Source of the DNA: Klebsiella phage N1M2
Strand: one strand, 5' to 3'
DNA length: 64,000 bases
Sequence record: MN642089.1
The notes under the pieces are model-generated. The model was given only the letters and a program-made list of their open reading frames with translations, did not search any database and was not told the DNA's origin. Shown piece by piece: positions 57,568 through 64,000 of the stretch; the stretch's first letter is position 1, and every line of letters begins with the position of its first letter. Position numbers and translations under genes: made by a program.

Positions 57568-57996
57568 ATGAAAACCTTTACCACTTCTATCTTCGTTCCT
57601 TCCGTAGCCAAAGAAGAAATGAACTTGATTGATAGACTGGAATTGGCAAGTAACCTGAACAAACCAGTTAACCTACCTGACAACTTAATGCACGGTGGTT
57701 TGGATGATGTTCAGGAAGGTGAAGAATTCATTCTGGTTGTAAATGGACTTCATGAACGTCACGAAATTAAAATGCGTGGTTGTAATAAAGTAGCGGGTAA
57801 AGTACGCTTCATGTTTGTTGAACCTGAGAAGCCTGAAGTATTCCGCTTTGCTCAGTGGCGGTTACGCTCAGCTAACTTAATGAGTATGAAGAATGGCAAA
57901 GAGTTACAACTACGTAATTTCTCTGCTCAAGATCTTCGTCGCTTGATTCGTCACAGTGTCGCCAACCAAGAACGCAAAATGGTAGAATATCGTTAA
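57568..57996 (+). CDS. hypothetical protein (142 aa)
   Basis: ORF with an AGGAAA RBS after a palindrome-rich intergenic region. Confidence 0.5.
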   Translation: MKTFTTSIFVPSVAKEEMNLIDRLELASNLNKPVNLPDNLMHGGLDDVQEGEEFILVVNGLHERHEIKMRGCNKVAGKVRFMFVEPEKPEVFRFAQWRLRSANLMSMKNGKELQLRNFSAQDLRRLIRHSVANQERKMVEYR

Positions 57997-58007
57997 GGAA
58001 TAGAATT

Positions 58008-58190
58008 ATGTCCGCAGAAGAAAAGTTTGATGATTACCTGAAAGAAAACAGAGATGCCTCTTATGCAGAGATCCAAAGTAAGATGGAAGAGATCTTAGGT
58101 GCTGAAGGGGAATGTAACCGTGAAGAGTTAGAGGAAATGTTGGATGAACATTTTGAAGATTACCAAAGCACTCCCGAAGATTTCGAGTAG
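58008..58190 (+). CDS. small highly acidic protein (60 aa; about 22 Asp/Glu against 6 basic residues)
   Basis: ORF with an AAGGAA RBS; MSAEEKFDDYLKENRD...EELEEMLDEHFEDYQSTPEDFE. Confidence 0.5.
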   Translation: MSAEEKFDDYLKENRDASYAEIQSKMEEILGAEGECNREELEEMLDEHFEDYQSTPEDFE

Positions 58191-58191
58191 C

Positions 58192-58533
58192 ATGGTGCTT
58201 TATGATGATGAGTTATCTCTGAGAGAGTTAGCTAGAGATATCGAGTCGATGAACTGTAAGTTAGAAATATTCGAAATAATTAATGAAAGAATAGCTAACT
58301 ATCATCCGGTGATGTCACATGCAATGATCGAGTTGCTCCCAGGTGAAATTGAACATATGTTTGGTCAATACCTTATACAAGTTCTCGAATCGAATAAAAC
58401 ACCTTGGGCAATTGCTTTAGAATTCCAGGATAAATACTGGGATCTTTTAAAGGGTAATGTGATCAATATACTTAGACTTAAACTAGGTATAATTGGATAT
58501 GATCCTAAAGTCTGGTTAGAAGCAGGTAAGTAA
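58192..58533 (+). CDS. hypothetical protein (113 aa from the ATG; the ORF-track start 58144 overlaps the previous gene)
   Basis: ATG 1 nt after the upstream stop (TAGCATG). Confidence 0.45.
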   Translation: MVLYDDELSLRELARDIESMNCKLEIFEIINERIANYHPVMSHAMIELLPGEIEHMFGQYLIQVLESNKTPWAIALEFQDKYWDLLKGNVINILRLKLGIIGYDPKVWLEAGK

Positions 58534-58622
58534 AATAATGGCCTGAGATTCAGTTGAAAGAAATTTCAGGTCTATATCATCTAAGTGTATAAGACAATAA
58601 ATATTTATACATGGAGATCTAT

Positions 58623-59285
58623 ATGTCTCGTAATATCAAATACTTAGGTTCTAACTGTAAACCGGTAACAACCGAGACTGTAGAATCTAAACAAACAAAT
58701 CAATTAAACTCTAGTAAGGAAATCAAAATGGAAAACGTACAAACTGCAGCTATCGAACTGAACACCACTGTTGAAGCAGTAGAAACCGCTCAACCTGAAA
58801 CCATCGAAGTTACCGCACCTACCAACAACCAACCTGTGGAAGAGAAAGACATGAACATCGAAACTAAAGAAGACAAACTGAAAGAAGCCGCGCAGATCGC
58901 TTCCGAAGTCAGAACCCGTAATGTTAACTGGCACGCTGTATCTGCATCAGCAGTAATTGCCGGCGTGGCTGTGGGCTCTCGCCTGATCGTTGAAAACAAA
59001 ACCACTGAAGAAAATCACAGTGCTCTGGAAATCGTAGGTCGCGTAGCAGCAGTATCAACTGTTGCTGCTGGTATGAGCTTCGTTACTCAGAAGCTCGCTC
59101 CTTCCATTGCAAATAACGACAGCTATAACCTGATGACCACTGCAACAATTGCAAATGGTCTGAGTGTAGCTGACGCATTCTTCGGTGATGACCTGGTTGC
59201 CATGATGAATGGCGCGGGTGCTAAGGTTACTGAAACTGTAACCGAAATGTTCAACAAAGAAGAAGCAGCAGAACTGGAAGCATAA
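58623..59285 (+). CDS. hypothetical protein with C-terminal hydrophobic/amphipathic segments (220 aa from the second ATG)
   Basis: GGAG RBS 9 nt before the second ATG (ORF track starts at 58611); AVSASAVIAGVAVGSRLIV and VAAVSTVAAGMSFV segments. Confidence 0.5.
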   Translation: MSRNIKYLGSNCKPVTTETVESKQTNQLNSSKEIKMENVQTAAIELNTTVEAVETAQPETIEVTAPTNNQPVEEKDMNIETKEDKLKEAAQIASEVRTRNVNWHAVSASAVIAGVAVGSRLIVENKTTEENHSALEIVGRVAAVSTVAAGMSFVTQKLAPSIANNDSYNLMTTATIANGLSVADAFFGDDLVAMMNGAGAKVTETVTEMFNKEEAAELEA

Positions 59286-59291
59286 TAGCTA

Positions 59292-59321
59292 ACCTCCTAC
59301 TCACCGATTGGTGAGTAGGAG
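59292..59321. terminator. bidirectional terminator (perfect 13-bp stem CCTCCTACTCACC/GGTGAGTAGGAGG)
   Basis: Lies between convergent genes; a T8 run at ~59340. Confidence 0.6.
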
Positions 59322-59345
59322 GATTAACTTAGTTACTTATTTTTT

Positions 59346-62234
59346 TTATGATGACCAGAGATCGTCACCGGTAGCTTTAAGATCACCACCAAGATCCGCA
59401 TCTAAGGTTTCTGTTTCTGCATCTGTCAACTCAGCTTGTCCTTCCTCTTTTTGTTCCTGAGGAGTTTCTAAGCCAGTTTCATTATCAGCGTTAGCTTCCA
59501 GGTCTTCATCCAGACTTACTTGAGCTGGATTTTCATCAAGAATAGGTTCTTCTTCTCCTGGCATTGTTTCATCAACACCGGCATTGAACTTATCTTGTTC
59601 TTCTTTCTCAATCTTATCTTTCAGCTTCTCAACTTTAGTCTCAGTCTTCTTACCAGACTTATGGTAATCAGCCAGGAATTTAACAACGTTAGCATCAAGA
59701 TCAGATGCCTTGTTAATGATGTTGAGAATACCACCTGCTTGACCATTGCTAAGGATATCTTCAAACGGCATTGGAAGATTAAAGCGAGTGAAAGCTTCAT
59801 TAAGCAATACAGCTTTAATGGATTCGATGATAGCTTCACCATCAAGTCCAACTTCTTCAGCACGTTTACGAAGCATCTTAGAACCACCACCCAACTCAAC
59901 CCAAGTAGCAGCCAGTTTTTCAACTGCTTCAATCTTGTCTTCAAGTTTGTTAAGGGAATCGGTGATTGCAGGAGTAGGAAGTACAACATAGAAGGTATTC
60001 ATGAAGTCTTTCAGAACAACACGAATAATATCCATTTCTTCTGGAGAGATATCATCATCCCCATCAGTGTTAACTTTCTCTTTAACTTCGTCAGTAATAT
60101 CCAGAGCGCCTTGGTCTGGTTTCATGTACAGCTGTTTGTTTTCTTTAATGATGTCAACCAACTCACCAATGAATGGTTCATTGACGCGCATATGTTTACG
60201 CATGATGTCAGTAAAGTAACGAGAGAATGTACGAGAATAATCGTTAGTTTGGTTACGGAGTAATTCCTGGTCAGCAAGAGCTTCAATAGCGAAGTCATTA
60301 CCCTCACCAGTATCTTCCAGCCAACTACGTTTCAGACCGAAGTAACCTGCAATGGTATTTAACAAGTTATCACGAGTATCGCGATCGATAGACTTGAGAG
60401 GTTCACGTTGCATTTGACCAGCTTGGAAATCAGGAGCAGCCACATATGGGTTATCACCTGGGTTAACCTTAATGGTCAGTGTCTGTTCTTTAAAACGGTC
60501 GAGAACAGCATCAATGGAAACGTTGTTATAACCAATGATATCATGAAGTGTCGGGTTATTAGCGAACCACTCATCACGAGCCATGGCAATGGTGTTACGA
60601 ACATCAATATCTTCACGTTCAGGAGTAATCTCCAATAACGTATGAGAAATGGAGTTCTCTACCTGAGCCAGAGCATCAGCAGTATCAAGTACAGCCAAAC
60701 GAGTAATGTGAAGTTTAGCTTCATCAACTAATGAACGACCAGTACCCAGACGGTTAAAGTCAATAGCGACATAGGTAACATAGTCAGAAGGAATGAATAC
60801 CGCACGAACACCTTGATCACGCATAGCACGAGACCAGAAGAGTTTCTTGTTTTCCTCAGTCAAGGAAATGGTAACATCCTTATGAAGATCACCGTTGATA
60901 AAACCTTCGATCAGTTCTTTCTCAAGAGTAGCTGATGCGAAGTTAACCATCCACTCCATATCTTCATTACACTCAGAACCCTGAGCGACGTTTCGGATAT
61001 GTTCAACGATATCGTTGATAGATCCCATCTTAGGACCATTGGTATCTTGTTCAGCACCTTTGGTCTTCTGATAGAACTTAACGTCAGAGGTAGATTTAAG
61101 TGGTTCACCAGTTTCTGGATCAAGCAGGAAGATATGACCGAATGGTTTACCAATCTCACCGTTGATGTTTACAGGAATAGCTGCTTCAGAAGGCCAGTGG
61201 TAATCAATACCAATACCACGACCATCACCAGTGTAGTATTTACCTTTACGAACAGATAAGGTTTCATTCTTATCGTAATGACGATCTGGATAAAGTTCAT
61301 CCAGCTCTTGTTCTAAGGTTTTTCTGGAAACGGCATTAACGTGGTTGTTGTTGGTCTTGTGGCGTTTTCCTTTCTCTTTAGTCCAGCGGTTATTGATAGC
61401 GTCATCAATACCTTCCAGACCACTGATCTTCTTAAGACGTTCTTCACGTAACTTAGAAGCCAGTTCACCAACTTTAAGAACAACCGGGTTATCAGTAAAA
61501 GTAAACTTAAGCGATGGATGAACGAGATTATATTCTGGTTCCCTTTCACCAACACCACCGTATAAAGCCTCAAAGCCTACAAAGCTACCAGCAGTGTTTT
61601 TCTTTTCTTTGCGGATATAACCAACGTTCTTAGCCTTGTTCCAATCACCACCAACAAACTGATCATTAAGAATGTTCATGGTGGTGGCTTTGATTGCAGA
61701 TTCTTGACCAGCAACATCTACTTCCATACCGTTAATCAAATGGTCGAGAGCAGCATGAGACAGACTTAAATGGACATAAGAACCAGTGCGGAAAAGAACA
61801 TCTTTAATAATTTGAGGCGCTAACTCTTCAAAAGGGTATTTTGTTGTAAAGTAATTTTCAACTTTAGTCAACAATAACTCATGAAGCTTACTGTTTTTGA
61901 TATCAGAACTTTCTGTATCATAGATGAGAAGGTTTCTCTGATCACCGTTAGGTTTCAGCAGAAGGGTAGTCCAGATCTGTTCAGCGCGTTTGATAAAGTG
62001 AGTAATGGTACGCAGGTCATTATTGGCCTGAATGTTATTACTGATAATATCAGAGAGGTTCTTTACCTTAGCCACAGGAGGCTTGGATTTATTCTCTCTA
62101 TCTTTATCATTACGAATAGTGCTATCTTTTACTAGCAAAGAACGCATACTTTTGTCTAAAGGAGACAGGTTATTTAATCTGCCTCTTACTTTAGCCCTGT
62201 CGATCGGTTTTACCCCTTTGGGTAATCTAGACAT
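59346..62234 (-). CDS. large hypothetical protein with an acidic C-terminal tail (962 aa); possibly a portal or other virion protein
   Basis: 2.9-kb minus-strand ORF with an AAGGAGAA RBS; size and acidic C-terminus are compatible with jumbo-phage portal proteins, but no motif is recognised. Confidence 0.65.
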   Translation of the reverse strand: MSRLPKGVKPIDRAKVRGRLNNLSPLDKSMRSLLVKDSTIRNDKDRENKSKPPVAKVKNLSDIISNNIQANNDLRTITHFIKRAEQIWTTLLLKPNGDQRNLLIYDTESSDIKNSKLHELLLTKVENYFTTKYPFEELAPQIIKDVLFRTGSYVHLSLSHAALDHLINGMEVDVAGQESAIKATTMNILNDQFVGGDWNKAKNVGYIRKEKKNTAGSFVGFEALYGGVGEREPEYNLVHPSLKFTFTDNPVVLKVGELASKLREERLKKISGLEGIDDAINNRWTKEKGKRHKTNNNHVNAVSRKTLEQELDELYPDRHYDKNETLSVRKGKYYTGDGRGIGIDYHWPSEAAIPVNINGEIGKPFGHIFLLDPETGEPLKSTSDVKFYQKTKGAEQDTNGPKMGSINDIVEHIRNVAQGSECNEDMEWMVNFASATLEKELIEGFINGDLHKDVTISLTEENKKLFWSRAMRDQGVRAVFIPSDYVTYVAIDFNRLGTGRSLVDEAKLHITRLAVLDTADALAQVENSISHTLLEITPEREDIDVRNTIAMARDEWFANNPTLHDIIGYNNVSIDAVLDRFKEQTLTIKVNPGDNPYVAAPDFQAGQMQREPLKSIDRDTRDNLLNTIAGYFGLKRSWLEDTGEGNDFAIEALADQELLRNQTNDYSRTFSRYFTDIMRKHMRVNEPFIGELVDIIKENKQLYMKPDQGALDITDEVKEKVNTDGDDDISPEEMDIIRVVLKDFMNTFYVVLPTPAITDSLNKLEDKIEAVEKLAATWVELGGGSKMLRKRAEEVGLDGEAIIESIKAVLLNEAFTRFNLPMPFEDILSNGQAGGILNIINKASDLDANVVKFLADYHKSGKKTETKVEKLKDKIEKEEQDKFNAGVDETMPGEEEPILDENPAQVSLDEDLEANADNETGLETPQEQKEEGQAELTDAETETLDADLGGDLKATGDDLWSS

Positions 62235-62262
62235 TGATGGGATTCTCCTTCAAGGGATCTTT

Positions 62263-64000
62263 ATGCTTAACAATATCGAGTTTAAAGCTTACATTAAAAA
62301 CACGATTGCTTTCGCAAGAACTATCGTTATAAAATGTAATGATATTGCGCTACTTGATAACAGGTTGATGGAGCAACACTATGGGATAAACCCAGGTACC
62401 GATCCAGCTAAGTGGCGGTACTACATGAACCTGAATGGCGAATATCACGTAACAGATGAAAAAATGTACGTACAGTCTTTGGACAACGGTGATACGATAG
62501 AGTTTACTAAAGCCAATTTAGATTTGCACTTGGCAACTAAACGAGCTTATCGCCTGGGTTCTTATTACTATACCCGACTAGTCGAAAAATATCCGTCTCA
62601 GTCAAATCTTATTAACGGTGTAATAAACCCAATTCCGCAGTCTGAATCTGTACCAGCAAAGGATTACCAAATCCTAAGGTATAACACTGATTATGTTCAA
62701 TGGAACGAATATCAGTTAATGCCTGCTTTACAGAAGCACATTGATGCAATGGTATTAGGGTCATTTCAAACAGAATACCTCTTAACCGATAACTTGATGT
62801 TGCCTTCTCTTTTAATGACCTTACACGCTTCATTAGTTTCCAACATTCTGATGTTGAGAAAAGAAGCAGCCCATACTCGTTATGCACATGACTTTTATAT
62901 ATGGAGTAAATTAAACTCCGTAGGTATTTCCAGTGTGTATAAAAAGTTCCTGGATAATAAACAAACGATGTGGTTGTTCCGTAACGTAGATTACGTTCTT
63001 CGGAAACTAGGTCGTAGAGCAACCTTTGATGATGTATTGGAAATAGTCCTTACACATCGCCGTATACCTTTATCACGTTATGAAACCATCCAGACAACTA
63101 CTGGAATGGATGAGTCATTTGAACCTCAACCTATGATGCTCAGAAGACCTATTAACCTGATAAAAGACTTCGGTATGGATAATAGGCTATTTACGATACC
63201 GGATGTACTCAAGAAAGAGAACCCCCTGGCACTCGATAACGAGGACAATTACCCAGAAGGTGAATCTCAGACTGACTACTTGATTCGGTATGGTCTTTTT
63301 GGCGAAGTACCTTCTAAGGTGCTAGAATCCAACATGACAGATACCACAGGTAGAAACCCAGATCGGTTGATGCGTGTCCTTCATAATGAATGGGTTTATT
63401 TAACATTCAACAAGTTGTACAACATCAATATCGACGTTACAGATATTCGAACAGGTAAACGATTCCGTCTAGCAATGCCTGATGCCATTATACTCTGGTA
63501 CTATTTGATTGACAGAGCACGTGGCATCGACAAGCCAGGGAAGATTCCTGAATATGAATACTGGCACGTCAGAAAGATCAAAGATCCTACCTGGCAGGAA
63601 CTAAGATTACTCGGCCATAAAGATATACTTACAGAAACTGTCTGTAAAGACATTCTTAAAGTCCATATCGATTTCCCTAACTTGATCACCCCAGACGGCT
63701 TCTTCCACAAATGTAAAGAAGTTCAGGATGGAATGTGGGATCATAAGAAACTTTATTCCAGAATACTCAACCTATTCTCTGCAACCAGGCGTAAGAATGC
63801 CGTAGACGCCTGCTATGCTGATGGTTTGGCTAAGATAGGTAATTATGCCACTTATGACGAATTCCTCACTAAGCTCGATTTAGACTTCTTAGACTATAAC
63901 CAAGATGAGTGTCTGGATTTGGCATGGTCGATCTGGAGTAAGGCAACGGGTTGGGAATATAACGATATCCAGTCGATTGGTGAACAACAGCGTATGCTGA
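62263..64000 (+). CDS. hypothetical protein, 3'-truncated by the window end (at least 579 aa)
   Basis: Manual translation from the ATG at 62263 (AAGGGA RBS) runs to the window end with no stop; absent from the ORF track because no stop codon occurs in the window. Confidence 0.55.
   Translation, partial: MLNNIEFKAYIKNTIAFARTIVIKCNDIALLDNRLMEQHYGINPGTDPAKWRYYMNLNGEYHVTDEKMYVQSLDNGDTIEFTKANLDLHLATKRAYRLGSYYYTRLVEKYPSQSNLINGVINPIPQSESVPAKDYQILRYNTDYVQWNEYQLMPALQKHIDAMVLGSFQTEYLLTDNLMLPSLLMTLHASLVSNILMLRKEAAHTRYAHDFYIWSKLNSVGISSVYKKFLDNKQTMWLFRNVDYVLRKLGRRATFDDVLEIVLTHRRIPLSRYETIQTTTGMDESFEPQPMMLRRPINLIKDFGMDNRLFTIPDVLKKENPLALDNEDNYPEGESQTDYLIRYGLFGEVPSKVLESNMTDTTGRNPDRLMRVLHNEWVYLTFNKLYNINIDVTDIRTGKRFRLAMPDAIILWYYLIDRARGIDKPGKIPEYEYWHVRKIKDPTWQELRLLGHKDILTETVCKDILKVHIDFPNLITPDGFFHKCKEVQDGMWDHKKLYSRILNLFSATRRKNAVDACYADGLAKIGNYATYDEFLTKLDLDFLDYNQDECLDLAWSIWSKATGWEYNDIQSIGEQQRML

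Noticed and set aside
1-64000. Search for CRISPR arrays, tandem direct repeats, IS elements/transposase genes, tRNA or rRNA genes
   Set aside because: None were seen. The only repeated elements are the short terminator-hairpin family and the promoter-like motifs. No integrase, transposase or attachment-site features are present.

Overview
The window is a gene-dense stretch of a large virulent dsDNA phage genome, apparently a jumbo-myovirus type with enterobacterial-like codon usage. I could not pin it to a named phage. About 60 protein-coding genes are packed end to end, often with ATGA/TAATG overlaps. They lie mostly on the + strand, with short - strand islands at 4.1-4.5, 15.4-17.6, 22.6-24.3, 28.5-32.6, 47.5-49.1 and 59.3-62.2 kb. 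Functions I can support from motifs are: a multisubunit-RNAP beta-like catalytic module (4573..6681), an SF2 DEAH helicase (10089..11633), a free-standing HNH homing endonuclease in an AT-rich island (14348..15412), the N-terminal/3'-5'-exonuclease part of a family-B DNA polymerase that stops just after motif A (22601..24340, -), an HExxH metalloprotease with membrane helices (24429..25772), a DnaB-family replicative helicase (47558..49096, -), and very strongly codon-biased, presumably abundant virion proteins (1046..2590, 37374..38597, and 49802..51979, which is probably the major capsid protein). Several 800-1000 aa proteins have no recognisable motif. I found no tRNA, rRNA, CRISPR array or IS element. 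The non-coding layer is striking. There is a sequence-related family of GC-rich hairpins built on CCTAC(T/C)C...G(A/G)GTAGG, often with UUCG or GNRA loops, followed by U-tracts that usually read TTATATG(T/C)TT; these sit at operon ends and strand switches. A ~22-nt promoter-like element CAGATATTATyTAynTGTA recurs four times just upstream of genes. Four divergent gene pairs have start codons only 26-37 nt apart. A 260-nt ORF-free segment ends in a terminator. The most highly expressed genes share a translation-initiation context. All functional calls come from reading motifs by eye; I ran no database search.
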